The notes: generated by a model from the letters alone, not told the origin. Positions 1 to 13,405 are shown, counted from the stretch's first letter. The stretch is 64,000 bases of DNA from Octopus vulgaris (GCA_951406725.2 OX597817.1:152520001-152584000); one strand, 5' to 3'. Numbers and translations: made by a program.

Positions 1-202
1 TATCTCATAGATTCAAGATTTTGATGATGTGATTAATTGTTTTAGTGTGACATTGTAGGGTAGATGTAAGAACCTACCCTACAACATCATTCTAAAATGA
101 CATTGGCCAAACTGAACATAAAACAGTTAGGATTTTGGGTTGTATATTGCCCAGTTTCAATATTCAAGGGTTACAGTTAAATATTATGGGTACATAAAGT
201 GT

Positions 203-537
203 AAAGGATAAAGACCCCCTTCGGTCATGAATGACTTATGGGGTTGCACCTAGGAAGCTACCCTCTGAGGCACAAGTCTGGGCAAGGTTGTTTATGGAAG
301 ACCAGCAGTTGCATACCAACCTCCTCTCTCCACGTCACCAATGTTATCTAAAGGAAAGGCAAAGGCTGATACAGCTTGGCATCAGTGATGTCACAACTCA
401 TCTCTACAGCTGAGCAAACTGGAGCAACATGAAATAAAGTGTCTTTTTCAAGAACACAACACACAGCCTAGTCTGAGAATCGAATTCGTAACCTCATGAT
501 TGTGAGTCCAACGCTCTAACCACTGAGCCATGTACCT
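203..537 (-). mobile_element. tRNA-derived SINE (family with ...tcatgaccgaagggggtctttacc tail)
   Basis: Minus strand has A-box-like tggctcagtggttag and B-box-like gaattcgattctc. Related copies at ~25410-25750 (+) and ~50333-50646 (+). Confidence 0.75.
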
Positions 538-1389
538 ATGTACTATGGGTAAATAGTATACACAATGTACATGAGAACTAAATTTTGTCCATTTTCTCAG
601 TTCTAACAGTGCAGTCATATTTATGATGGCATTAATTATATCAATTGTTCAAGGTAGCTAGTGTGTAATGAAGAGTTTAAATTGCTATAAGGATACAGTT
701 TTGTTCGATTGTCATAATGCATTAATTGTTTATTATGTTTCAATGAGTGTGTCTGCATAGTCTGTAAGGTCATATCGCTTGAGGTTGTTTATTGTTTTAC
801 TAATACTTCAGAATGATCCAGAAGCAAAATTTAAAACTGAAATAGAAGCAGCAAAATGATAAAACGTACCTAGTTTCACTTCATATGCAGCTATATACTA
901 CAGTTTATGTATATAAGTGGCTACGAAAATATATACTTCTTAAAATTTTCTGTTCACTACCCTACTACAATTGGTAATAATGCAAAGGTGTGCTGGATAC
1001 AACCCCTCCTCCTCCTCCTCCTCCTCCTCCACCACCACATCCTCCATCTCCATCACCATCATCATCATGATGGCATAGGTTAGATGGTTTGACAGGATCT
1101 GAGGTCCCAAGAACTGCATTGTGCCCCAGTATCTGTTCAGCACAGTTTCTATTGTTGGGTGCCCTTCCTAACACTAACTATTTTACAGTATGTACTGTTT
1201 TTGTGCCACCAGCACTAGTGAAGTTATCATGCATCTTGCAAGACTGTGAACCTTGAGTTGGGAGGGAAAAACTTTATGCTAGGTGAATAAAGAGTAGAAA
1301 GGGGTAAAGTATGAAGGAAAAGGCTGAAGCAAAGCAGATTTCTTGCTATAAAGGAACTATGTGACTACTCATGTTTTAGAATAGAGGGT

Positions 1390-1758
1390 GGAGCATGCTG
1401 GGACACTGCCTTGAAGGGTTTTAGTTGAAACAAATGGACCCCAGGACTTATTTTTTAAGCCTAGCACTTATTTATTAGGTCTCTTTTGCTGAACTGCTAA
1501 GTTACAGGGTTGAAAACACACCAACACTGGTTGTCAAGCAGTGGTGGAGGACAAACACAGACACAATGACACGCACACATAAATATATACATATATACAA
1601 CAGGCTTCTTTCAGTTTCCATCTGCCAAATCCACTCACGAGGCTTTGATTGACCTGAGGCTATAGTAGAAGACACTTACCCGAGATGTCATGCAGTGAAA
1701 CTGAACCTGAAACCATGTGGTTGAGAAGCAAGTTTCATACCACACAGCCATGCCTGTA
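1390..1758 (-). mobile_element. Bipartite SINE with internal microsatellite (most abundant family in window)
   Basis: Reverse complement of the element at 63247-63640. More than 12 full or partial copies across the window. Confidence 0.75.
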
Positions 1759-2463
1759 CCTATGAGTGGATGAGGAATAGTGGGAGAGGTGGGCACAGTG
1801 TATGAGGAAGGTGAGATGTTTGGTGGTGGTGGAGGAGGAGAGATAATTTGTTGGCACTGGGAATGGGTGGGGTAATCAATGAACGTATGGGTGGAGATCA
1901 GAATTAAAGGCTGAACGATGGATAACAAGGGAAATGATTCTGTGTAATAAGAAAAATGGTATCAAGAAGGGACTGCATTGTTTAATATACATGGAATATA
2001 TATTCTTTAATATGGTAAAATCATGTAATATATACATACAATTTATACAAAAATAGTTCCTTTTATTAAATGATTTTAACATTACAATTGAACAATATCT
2101 ATTGCATAATTAATTATTTTTTTAACTAAAGCTAGAACTATGGTCAGATCCTAAATGTGTGTTACTTAAAGCTTAAATCTATATACTGTTTTTGTATAAT
2201 AGCTTGTCCTATACTGTTACAAAAAACTTAAGGTTCATAATCTTAAGAATATGACTTTTCATGCTCGCATTTTTCCATGTAATCCATGATTTTTCCAGGC
2301 ATTGCTGTTATAAGATAATTAATAATGTGTCAATTAATAATTTAAGATTTTACCTTATAAAATACAGAAAAATAAAATTTCAATTTTTCCATGTAAGTGA
2401 TGATAATATTTTAATTTTTTTCATGTTTAATTTAAATATATGTTGTAATTGAATTATTTGATA

Positions 2464-3627
2464 TTAGCTGGTGTACCCAGTAATTCCTGGAGGTAAAGAT
2501 GTTCTATTGAAACACATTATTATTCTGATATAAGAAAGCAATTCCAATATAACTGCCACAAAAGTTGTATTTTCTGTCATAAAAAAGTACAAAAAACTGT
2601 CAGCTGGAGGAGGGAGAGATTGTTGGAGGTTGGCGAGAGAGGTTTTTGGAGGTTGGCGAGAAAGATTGTCGGAGGTTGGTGAGAGAGGTTGGCGGAGATT
2701 GGTGAGAGGCAAAGACATTATTCTGCTTAGCGAAGGCACCTGGGAAATGTATAACTGCTGTCATTCACAGGAAAACTATTGTTTTACTGTGAGAAAAGTG
2801 CTGTTGAAGTGCTAAGTGAAATCTGGTAATCGGAGATCGAATCCACGCTATGCCTGCATGAAACCACTACAAATATGTTGTGGAATAAAAAAATTATCTA
2901 CTGTCATGGAAAAAGTGTAACTGTAAAAATGCAGAATTATTGGAGTAATGGGCATTCAAAAAAGTATGTATGTATAGAAATGTATGAATGAAGTCTTTAA
3001 GGTTTAAGATTCAAATTAAGGAAGTGCAATAATTATATTTAGTAGTTCAAAACTGTGAGTAGTGAAATGCAGAATTAGGTCGGCTGATCATGAGAATCAA
3101 ATATTGATCACTTCACTAAAATCTGCAGGTGGTATGGGTTATTTCCCTTGGGTTTAAATAAAATATTAGTAGATAGAAGGATCCATATCGATTTTTTTTT
3201 CTACAATCTAAGTATGTCATGAGGTTTCCAGACGACATGAGTTCTACTCGTATGTCAAATAAAGTATAAAAGTGATATTGTCTGCAATAATTAGAAATAG
3301 GACATACAAAAAAACCAATATTCAATGTAATCGAACATAAAGAATGAAATTGGTAATTCCCCTTGAGTGTTTAAAAAAAATATTGTACAGGTACTATCAG
3401 TTATTTCTCTTGGGTGTTTAAAAAAACATTAGTTATATGAGTTAGATATAAAGATCTCTTCCAGGAGCCGTATTATCGATTTTTTCAATAATCTAAGTAT
3501 GTCACAAGGTTTCCAGACGAGTTCTACTCACATGTCAAGTTTCATCAAAATCAATAAAACGATGTAGGAAGAGTTAGCTAACAATGCCACAAACAAACTC
3601 ACACCGATTTTCCACATATGTAGTAGA
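2464..3627 (-). mobile_element. Non-autonomous Helitron-like element
   Basis: Minus strand starts a|TCtactac and ends with a short hairpin followed by cagCTAA|t (decayed CTAG). Subterminal catgtcaagtttcatcaaaatc and acaaacaaac on +, an internal gttggcgagagag tandem (2620-2710) and an internal ~130-bp duplication (~3140-3260 vs ~3400-3538). Confidence 0.6.
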
Positions 3628-4098
3628 TTACCCATCCACACCAAATTAATGGCAGGGATTTTTACCATGTTGTTGGTTGCACCATGGCTTACCAAAAGTT
3701 ACAAACAACAAGACCCCAAAACCATCAGTTACCAGGCTCACCTTAAGTAACCTAATTTTGCAATATTAGGTCACAGGAATTCATTCAATGAAAAAAATAA
3801 TTTCTAATGATTCCGAGATTTGCAGCATATTAGGAGGTCAGGGTACTTGACTCCAAAAAAAAAAATCAATTTTTACTACCTGTGGCCTAGCGTGTAGAAA
3901 AATTAGTCAATAGACTATATATTATTCATATAAATACAGTGTACATTTGCCAAAGTGTAGATGAGGAAGTGTCTTCTTTGAAACTATTAACAGTTTGTAA
4001 TTTAATTGAGAACTGAATTAGTGGTGAAGCTTGGAAGCTGCTGCAATTGACCAAATGGTGGACTTAAGAATATATTCAACCACTACTATGGTTGAATG

Positions 4099-4132
<34 letters not shown>

Positions 4133-7100
4133 ATACGAGCATGTGTGTCTTTGTGTCTATATTTTCCCCACTCCCACCTCTTGACAAGTAGTGTTGGTGT
4201 GTTTATGTCATTGTAACTTAGCAGTTTGGCAAAAGAGATTGGTAGAGTAAATACCAGGCTTTACAAAAAAGTAAGTACTGGGGTTGATTTGTTCAACTAA
4301 AATTGTTCAGGGCAGTGCCCCAGCATGGCCACACTCTAATGATTGAAACCAGTGAAAGTTAAAGGTAATATGATTATTTGTAAGTTCTAGAAGAGAAATT
4401 TTATGAATAGTGACAAGGATCAAAGCACCCAAGTATGTATTACAAGATGTAATGTTGTATAACATGGAATTGCTGACATTAAAACAATTTGAAATTTGAA
4501 GACAAGTTTGAAAATGTCAGAAATATAAAAAAAGTTAGTGGGTAGTGAATGATTCACCTCTTTTTAAGCATATCTGTATTCATTTCAGTAATTCAGTAAA
4601 ACCAAGCTTTTTTTTTTGCATTCCTCATTATTGCTGGTTTCATTTTTAATTAGCCTGCTTTTCTCAAAGATTATGGTAAAAGAAATCAGTGTACACTATA
4701 CATTATATTCATCATCATCACCAACATTATCATCATTATAATGTCTACTTTTCCATGCTTGCATGGATTGGACAGAATTTGTTGAGGCAGATTTTCTACA
4801 GCTAGATGCCTTTCCTGTTGCTAACCCTCACCTGTTTCTAAATAAGGTAATATTTTCCCATGGCCAGATAGAATATTGGAAATGAAAAACACTGCTTGCA
4901 TGATGGTGACACTCGTTTACAACTATCATGCAATTCCAAAGCAAGGAAACAGTAATGCATACACACATATGCACACACACATACACACACACACACACAT
5001 GATGGGCTATAATAGAAGATACTTGCCCAAAGTGTCACAGTGGGAATTGTTTTATGGTGCGGGGAGAGAGAGACAGACAGAAGAGAGAGAGATTTTCATA
5101 TCTTCATACTTGTTGGTCATACAAGATAGATGAATGAGGTAAACAGTAGGATCTGAAGGAACTAATGATTGTTAATATTGGCAATTAGTGTTAGCAGTTG
5201 AATTTTCAACAGTTGAATGTTTTGTAATGACCTTCCACTTCTGACTAAACCATTTATAAATGGTCTAGTCAGAGGTGGAAGGTTATCACCCACAATTCTT
5301 TTCTGGTATCCTCAGACTAGAAACCCGACCTGATTGCTTACAACTGATCTGGATGCTTCTAAAGACACCCTAGGATCAGTAATGGTGTTAAGTTGAACAA
5401 TGAATTTAGTCTGCTGCATAAGATTTTGCTGTGAAGAAGAAGAAAAGTGCAACAGTTCTGGCACTACTTTTTATCCAAAAGTGCTCTCCAATAAAGTATG
5501 TTAACTGAAATCTTGGTCTTATCTTGTTCCTCATGGCAAAACAATTTAATCCACTAGCTTGTATATGGATTGAGAGGTTTTTTTAACTGTTGTACATGAA
5601 AAGAGAGTTGTTGAAGTTCATTGATAAGAATGTTTGAGAGGGAAGGAAGCTGGTGTATTGAGCCTCCACCTCTCTCACACTCCTCTCATTTCTTCATCCC
5701 ATACATATGCATATAGTTATGAAAGAGACTGAAAAGTTTGTTGGATGGCATTGATATAGCATAGGAAAACAGTAAGCAAAATGACAGATCTTAATGTAAT
5801 GTTGGAGTTAATAGATATTAAAGGTCAGAAATATTCAACTGTCAGTAAAGAAGTTGTTAACTCAGGAAAGGTCTTTAATTTCAAGCCTCAATATAGCAAT
5901 CAATGAATATTTTTGTTCCAGGCAGATCCACATTCAAGAGTGTTCTAGATAGGATTATTCCTTCTTTTTTAGGTACCACATATCTAATATTACGTTATAC
6001 AATGTAGTCTTAGACTTCTATTTTTTTTAAGAAAGTAGTTGTGGTTTAAAGAAAATTGACTGCTATTTCTAACAAGTTGAATAACTATGTAGAGCAGAGT
6101 TATCAAACTCATTTAGCTTTTTGAATTGGATTGAAGAATAGAACTAGATCTTTGCAGTTTGCATTGGGACATTTATTCCTAAAACTCTTACTTATAATAT
6201 AGGCCAAAGGAAATGGAAAAAGGGATCAATATACATTATAACAATTCTAGTGATAATAAAGAATGGGAAAAAAAATATGAGGTGTTAGTACAGTTTGTGT
6301 GCAGAGTTGTTAGTCCTTAGAGTAAGAATGGAGACAGACATTGTCCAAACGAATACATACAGTTCTTGAGAAGATCAACACTTGATAGAAAGCTTTCAAT
6401 AGTTCAGCTACAAAACCTTTCAGTATCATGTGTATCATTAAAATCCATTTGGACAAACGTGTATAAAAGTAGGAGTGGGGAATCTCGGTGTATATAAAGA
6501 AGATGAAGTAGAAGTGGATAACACCTTTTAGTGTATGAATTCATTCATAAGCTTCTTTTACATCGTTCGAGATAACTAAAGATTCAGTAAGACTAATCAG
6601 AATTGGTAATAATTATGACTCTAGTCAGGCTCCAACACTAAATGCATGCTAGTGATATATATTTTACAGAATATTTTGAAATTAAAATGATAATAATTTT
6701 TGCTTTTTTATAAAATTGAGCCAAGGACAGGACAAAACATTGCCACAGACTGGACCCAGCTGACAGGCCATGTATTTGACACCCTTGATATAGAAGTTCC
6801 TTTGTTTCCTTGCCAGTGACGAGTTGTTACTCCAGCAATGTCTGATGATTACAAACCTCAGTATAGCAGACAGAGGAGTTGTTAACCTAAGTAATTTCTT
6901 AGAGTTGTTGCTGTTGTTTAGCTCCAGGACAACCCCAATCAAGTAGATTTTTGATCCACTTGATTGTGATTGACCTGGAATTAAACAATAGCATGGCCAG
7001 GCATGACCAGTGTATCTTTATTACTAACATAATGAATCTAAGATTTCATTATCTAATGTCTCCTTTCATTTGTCTTTTAGATGGTGGGTGTAATTTGAAG

Positions 7101-7446
7101 GAGGTTAAATTGCTATTTCTAGCCGGCCAAATGACTATGTAGAGGCTTCTTTACTGACTTGTTAGAAGCAAGTGTATAGACGGGAGGTTTTCATGGAGGA
7201 GTCAATTGAAACCTTTGTTGTGCAGATTAACAACTCCGCTTAATCAGAGTTTACTAGAAAACAAGTATCCACAGATACATAATACAGGTATATAGGTCAC
7301 TAATAGATCTAAACCTGTAACAGTGGTTTCAGAAAGTATTATACTTGAAAGTATTGATGGAAGCTATCATATGTTATGAACTTTGATTATATTTGAGAAA
7401 AACGAAGCCTTGTTTATTTTTATTCAATACCAAGACATAGAAAATG

Positions 7447-7499
<53 letters not shown>

Positions 7500-8638
7500 T
7501 GTAAACAATTTGTTCATTTATGAATATAAAGCAGTGGATGTGTCAAATTTCTATATTTATTTCTTTTCTCATGAAATGTCCAACTCTGAGATCATATCAC
7601 AAACAATTAGATGCCACCAGCTATTAAGTCACCCTGCACGATGAATTATCATTGTCTCCAATGCTTGTGGCTTCATTTAATTGGTGGTGTTGCAGTTCTC
7701 ATTGAACAACAAATATTGAAATATTCATTTATTTATTTTTCTTTTGATTTATTTCCTGTCTGTTGTTCAGCTTTCCTTGAACAACTTTTATATATTCCAT
7801 GTTATTCATCAGGAAACATGTCAGGAATGTGATATTTTCAAAGTTTTTGTCCTGCTCTCAAAGCAATTCAATAGCTTCTGTTATCTTTGATGAATCAATG
7901 AAACTATATTTCTGGTACTGTTGTAATAAAATCATACCATCATTGTCGCCAAACATCTGTAACATGTTGACCTTTCAGCTAAGTTATTGGCATTTTTCCT
8001 AACCTTATTGTTTCATGTATAAATATTTGTAATGTTAATCGACATAAAGGCTGAACACAAGTGAAATGAAAGAGCACCTATGTATTGGAATAAGAGTAAA
8101 TGTGGAATAGTCATGTGTAAATATATGATGAATGCTGAGTAAAAACTAGTGAAGTGGCAGTCAATGATATCAATGTCTGAGAAAAGCATGGGGAGAAATA
8201 GTGGAGCCAAATCCCAGGATATTGGGCTTCACAGATGAGGTAATGAAATACTAAGATAAAGGCGGACCTGAATAAGAGGGATGTAGTAGAGGTTTTCATG
8301 TCCATCACTCTGTTAAACACAGTGGTGATAATTTTAGCAAAGGTGTATGTATATAGTAAATTTATAGTATATGGTAAATCTACTCAACCCTTGTCAGCAT
8401 GGGAAAACAAATGTTAAACCATTGAAAATGGGGATAGTAGCAGGTATTTTTAAATTTTACCTAGGCATTCTGTGTAAATGGACAGGTTGTGTGACATTCA
8501 TGCTTAGTTTTGTTTATGGATGTTGCTATTTGAAATTTCTAATTGCTTTGTTTCCAGTGAAAAGTTCATCACTTTCAGATTGGTAATCATGATAATTAAA
8601 CATTGTTAGTTATAAACTTGTTTCTTTTTCTTTTATAG

Positions 8639-8743
8639 AAGGGACGTGTCCTTGAACATAAGAAACGTTTCCAAGAAGCTAAGGTGTATTTTGAAAATGC
8701 TATATCCATCAATCCTGGCCATGTAAAGAGTCTAGAGCATTTA
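8639..8743 (+). CDS. TTC7B: TTC7/TTC7B-like TPR protein (PI4KIIIalpha complex scaffold), third-last coding exon
   Basis: Polypyrimidine tract + ttttatag acceptor and tta|gtaagt donor; 105 nt, phase 0/0. Translates KGRVLEHKKRFQEAKVYFENAISINPGHVKSLEHL, a TPR that I recognise as matching the TTC7B C-terminal region. Confidence 0.9.
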
Positions 8744-9382
8744 GTAAGTAACCAAATAAATTTTCTTATGACATGGTATATAGTTTATCTTTTAACCATA
8801 TAATTTATATTTTACATGTTTTTTTTTAATGGGTGGGGCAGCTGGAAAAATAGATTGTTCCCACTACAGCCATTGCAGGCCATCCAACACCATTGAGATC
8901 AACACAGTAAACATTCCTGTTCAATAGCTGTAAGTTGACATCTGCAGGGGAAACAAGGTCAAAAAAAGAATTTCAGGAGACCTATGATTTGGAGATAAAC
9001 TAGACATATTGATTATTACAGGGCCTGAGGTAGGTAAGTGGATACAATATGAATGACAAGATAAGGCGAAGCCAGTAAGTGGAGGTAGTACCTGAGTTGA
9101 GGTGGCATGGGACTAGTAAACTCTGAGGAAGAGGGGCCTCTGTAGTTTCAATAGAAAAGACAGAAAGAAAACAGTTTATATATGGGCCAGAGATGAATGT
9201 GTTGGTGACTTCATGTAATTCAGTTGGATGACTGAATTGGGGAACTTTTTAAGCATTTGGTGGTAGGTTTTTCTAACAATGAAAATAAGAACAACATATG
9301 TTAGCTTTAGCAAAAAGATAACTATAGAGTGTAATAGAACAGAGAAAACACTATCTAGTTATTTAGAAGAAGCATCACAAAT

Positions 9383-9589
9383 TACAATGGGGTGCTGAAA
9401 AGTTCTTGGCTTTGGGTAAAAGAAAATACAGGAGGATCAGTTAATTATGATTGTATTCAACATATTCCCCTCTTATTGCAATAGTCCTTCAGTTTTTTTA
9501 AACCTTGTAAAAGAACTTGAAAGGTTGGGTCTCCAGCTAGGCCTTTCGCAATACCTTTAAAGCCAGGAACTTTTCAGCACCCCCTTGTA
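9383..9589. mobile_element. Mariner-type MITE
   Basis: TIRs ta-caatggggtgctgaaaagttcttggcttt / aaagccaggaacttttcagcacccccttg-ta with TA target duplication. Confidence 0.85.
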
Positions 9590-9919
9590 TGTGCTAGTGG
9601 TGAGAATAGCTCTCAACCTTTTCTTCAACATAGAACATGGTCGATGCATTGTTCAAGTTAAGGTGTGTGTACTGAACATCAAAGTATGAAAACCATTTGA
9701 TGCACATTGATGGCAAAGGCACAGCATGGAAGCAAAGCCACAATTCAATTTTCAGGTCTATAATACTTAAAAACAGAGGTGAAAAATTTAGCAATTGTGT
9801 ATGACAAGAAGTCAGTGCCTGTTGTCCATAATGTAGTTTCAGACATGCAAACCTGTACAACTTCCAACAAATCTAGTCACAGCAGCCTACAATACTTCAC
9901 AGAGATAGGCTTAGAATAG

Positions 9920-10406
9920 ATAAAATCCTAGTACTCTTTGAATGTGGTACCAACTGTTTCTAAATTCAAATGACCATAACAGTCACATCATCCATGTATT
10001 CAGATACAGTTTTATCATGACCCAGTTTCTCAAAGCTTTTGTCCTCCACAGCAGTGATCTTCATGAAAACACTTATAGAAGGTGAGGAGAGGGGATATCC
10101 TGGCTTTGGCTGGGCATTGATCAAGGTGCATGTTAAACAATGAGGATGAATGTACAGCTGCATTTGTTCAACTGCAACCATCTTCAAGAACTCTTGCATA
10201 TCACACATTCAGTCTATCAAGAATATCCTCCTCTCCTCACTTCTATATGCATTTTCATTAGAATCACTGCTGTGGAGGACAAAAACTTTGAGGAGCTGGG
10301 TCATGATAAAACTATCTGAATACATGAATGATATGACTATTATGATGTTGGATACTTTGAATTTAGAAACAGTTGGCTCCACATTCAAAGAGCACTAGGA
10401 TTTTAT
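9920..10406. repeat. Long diverged inverted repeat (~190-bp arms, ~100-bp spacer)
   Basis: ataaaatcctagtactctttgaatgtgg... mirrors ...ccacattcaaagagcactaggattttat; arms ~9920-10110 and ~10210-10406. Confidence 0.85.
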
Positions 10407-11554
10407 AGGAGTACACATTAAGAAGGACAAGTCAGTGGGCAAGTCCATGATGGCCAGCAGTAGTTTGTCATATGATTGAGGAGGAGCCAGTTAAGTTGCC
10501 TGTATCTGGTTCAGTTTGGACACTCAGGTGGGTAGGAACTGGGGTGAGGTTGTAAGTAGAGTGGCCAGTCTCACAAAGAAGTAGGTCCAGAAGAAACTGT
10601 TCTTGAAAGGTTGAGTGGAAATGGTTAATACCAAATTTACATTGGTAGTGTACTGCCACCTAACTTCTCATCCTAAGGAATAGCTAACCAGATTGGAGCT
10701 AATGTTCTTTCACTTCTTGCGAAAGGGATAGGTTCTATTGGTCAGGAAATCAATCTGCTACTGATGTCGTTTTTCTAGGGACTTTGGTATGTCATTCCTG
10801 ATGATATTAAATATGCTCTGTTGCTCACACACTTGCATAAAACTCCAGCAATGGCAATGAGGCTGAAGTCAAACTTGTGTACATATCATCTGTGCAATGT
10901 TTTTCTACAGCTTGTCTTTGATAAGGCTGTAGTCATGAGTCAAGCATAGAGAAAAGTTGTATTTTTGACATCTGGAATGTTGCTAAGCACTTAAAGCACT
11001 ACCAGCTGGACAGTGTGATCAGCGTAAAAACATCACTTGCATCCTAAAGAGAGAGTATGAGTGATGACAACCTGAGGATGATTCTAGGTGTCAACAAAGA
11101 CACTCTCTGTAACCTCTCCTGGAATATTTTCAGATCAGGAATCATGAACAACTCTCTAAATTTCCTTGGCATAACATTGCTACAGAGGGGTTTCACCTGC
11201 TTGAGACAAGCTCTACAAAAGATGGAAGTTCCAACAGCTGAACTTGTCTAAGATGTGTGCAGAGTAACAAAACCATCTTGCATGCTCTCGTTTGGCATCT
11301 GTGCATTACTGATTTATAAGCTTGTGTTGAACAGCTTTTATCATATGAAGGATGGATTCATTTATTAGCCGAGTCTTTACTAAAAATTGACCTGCCAATT
11401 TACTTTAGTTGGGAATGGTGTTTAACCTTCCTCTACTTGATGGTTGTCGTGAAAAAAGTTAGTTGGTAAATGCTTTTAAAAGGTTTGAGGTCAGGGATTT
11501 TTCTTTTCTGGCTAAACTCTCATTAATTTCTTCAAGTACCACTTGAAAAGGAAG

Positions 11555-11589
<35 letters not shown>

Positions 11590-12248
11590 CTGTGGCCTTC
11601 TAGTGTGTTTAATGACAGAGAGAGTTGAGTGAGAGCAGCAACATTGATGAGGTTCTATTGGCCTACTGTGACTATGATTTTCTAAATAGGAAAAAAGGTT
11701 CTTTTGATGCTTTTGATGTGTCAGTGTAATCTGAGATTCTGTGCAGAGTTTAATATCTTAGACTTACTACAGATGGTCTTTCTCTCAATTGGAAAATTTT
11801 TCTTGTTGATATTTTATTGTTATATTGTTTTTTTTAAATTTCATCTTTTTTTTTTACTTGATATAAATCCCACTTTATGTTGTATTTCATCATCGTATTA
11901 TCCTTCCTTTGCACTCTTGTGGTCAATCAAAAACAAAAAAAAACCAAAATGTGAATATTTTTAGGTAATAGGTAGTAATTACATTGATTTTCTTGATTGT
12001 GTAATCCCTCAGCTTTTTTAAAAACAAAAATGAATATCATTCAAAGGGAGGAATTTGACTGCTATATCTAGCAGGTTGAGAAACGTTATAAGGGCTTCAT
12101 CATCTTGAAAGGATAACACATTGTTGTAGACTTAACTAATCCGTACCTTTTTGAAAATAAATTGAATAGTAATAGATGATGATTGTGATTTAAGGATGAT
12201 GGTGATAATGATAATGATGATGATGATGAATATAATTGTCTCTTTCAG

Positions 12249-12340
12249 GGGAATGTATTACATAACCTAGGAAATGACCGAATGGCTGAGAAGGTGCTCC
12301 GTGAGGCAGTAAATGCTGATACTAAATCACATCAATCTTG
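12249..12340 (+). CDS. TTC7B: TTC7/TTC7B-like, penultimate coding exon
   Basis: tctttcag acceptor, tg|gtatgt donor; 92 nt, phase 0/2. Translates GNVLHNLGNDRMAEKVLREAVNADTKSHQS(W), like vertebrate AEKILRDAV...HEVW. Confidence 0.92.
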
Positions 12341-12569
12341 GTATGTTTATCTTTGTTCTTCTAATATCAGTCATACTAAAATACCACTGTTTTAACAAGC
12401 CAACTAATTTTTTTTCCACTCCATTCTGATGCTACCATACTACACTATCATTGTCTTAATACTACAATTGATCTTTTTCTTCATTCCAGTCTTGTTTTAC
12501 CACACTAAAATACCAGTCTTAACACATCAGCTGAACTTTCTGTTCATTGTCTCTTCATTTCTGGCCTCT

Positions 12570-13405
12570 GTGCTGGTGGCACGTAAAAAGCACCATCCGA
12601 TCGTGGCCGTTGCCAGCCTCGCCTGGCTTCCTTGCCGGTGGCATGTAAAAAGCACCATCCGATCGTGGCCGTATGCCAGCCTCGCCAGGCACCTGTGCTG
12701 GTGGCACGTAAAAAGCACCATCCGATCGTGGCCGTTGCCAGCCTCACCTGGCTTCCGTGCCGGTGGCATGTAAAAAGCACATCCGATCGTGGCTGTTTGC
12801 CAACCTCGCCAGGCACCTGTGCCGGTGGCACGTAAAAAGCACCATCCGATCGTGGCCGTTTGCCAGCCTCGCCAGGCACCTGTGCCGGTGGCACGTAAAA
12901 AGCACCATCCGATCGTGGTCGTTTGCCAGCCTCGCCAGGCACCTGTGCCGGTGGCACGTAAAAAGCACCATCCGATCGTGGCCATTGCCAGCCTCACCTG
13001 GCTTCCGTGCCGGTGGCACGTAAAAAGCACCATCCGATTGTGGCCGTTTGCCAGCCTCAACTGGCTTCCGTGCCGGTGGCATGTAAAAAGCACCATCTGA
13101 TCGTGGCCGTTGCCAGCCTCACCTGGCTTCCGTGCCGGTGGCATGTAAAAAGCACCATCCGATCGTGGCCGTTTGCCAGCCTCGCCAGGCACCTGTGCCG
13201 GTGGCATGTAAAAAGCACCATCCGATCGTGGCTGTTTGCCAGCGTCGCCAGGCACCTGTGCCGGTGGCACGTAAAAAGCACCATCCGATCGTGGCCATTG
13301 CCAGCCTCACCTGGCTTCCGTGCCGGTGGCATGTAAAAAGCACCATCCGATCGTGGCTGTTTGCCAGCCTCGCCAGGCACCTGTGCCGGTGGCACGTAAA
13401 AAGCA
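12570..13405 (+). repeat. 62-63 bp tandem array (14 copies of gtgccggtggcacgtaaaaagcacc) at the 5' side of an RTE-tail element
   Basis: gtaaaaagcac recurs at 12583, 12645, 12708, 12770, 12832, 12895, 12958, 13020, 13083, 13145, 13208, 13271, 13333, 13396. Confidence 0.97.

Noticed and set aside
812-859. Possible short terminal exon NDPEAKFKTEIEAAK* after ctaatacttcag
   Set aside because: No similarity to TTC7 that I recognise, and too short to separate from chance.
1-8638. Further upstream TTC7 exons
   Set aside because: I found no spliceable TPR-coding segment here. They probably lie before the window, though a short exon could have been missed.
12570-13405. CRISPR-like look (palindromic constant repeat plus spacers) and overlapping 90-250 aa ORFs
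   Set aside because: The linkers are two near-identical variants rather than unique spacers; there are no cas genes and the context is a eukaryotic intron. The ORFs are by-products of a GC-rich tandem repeat.
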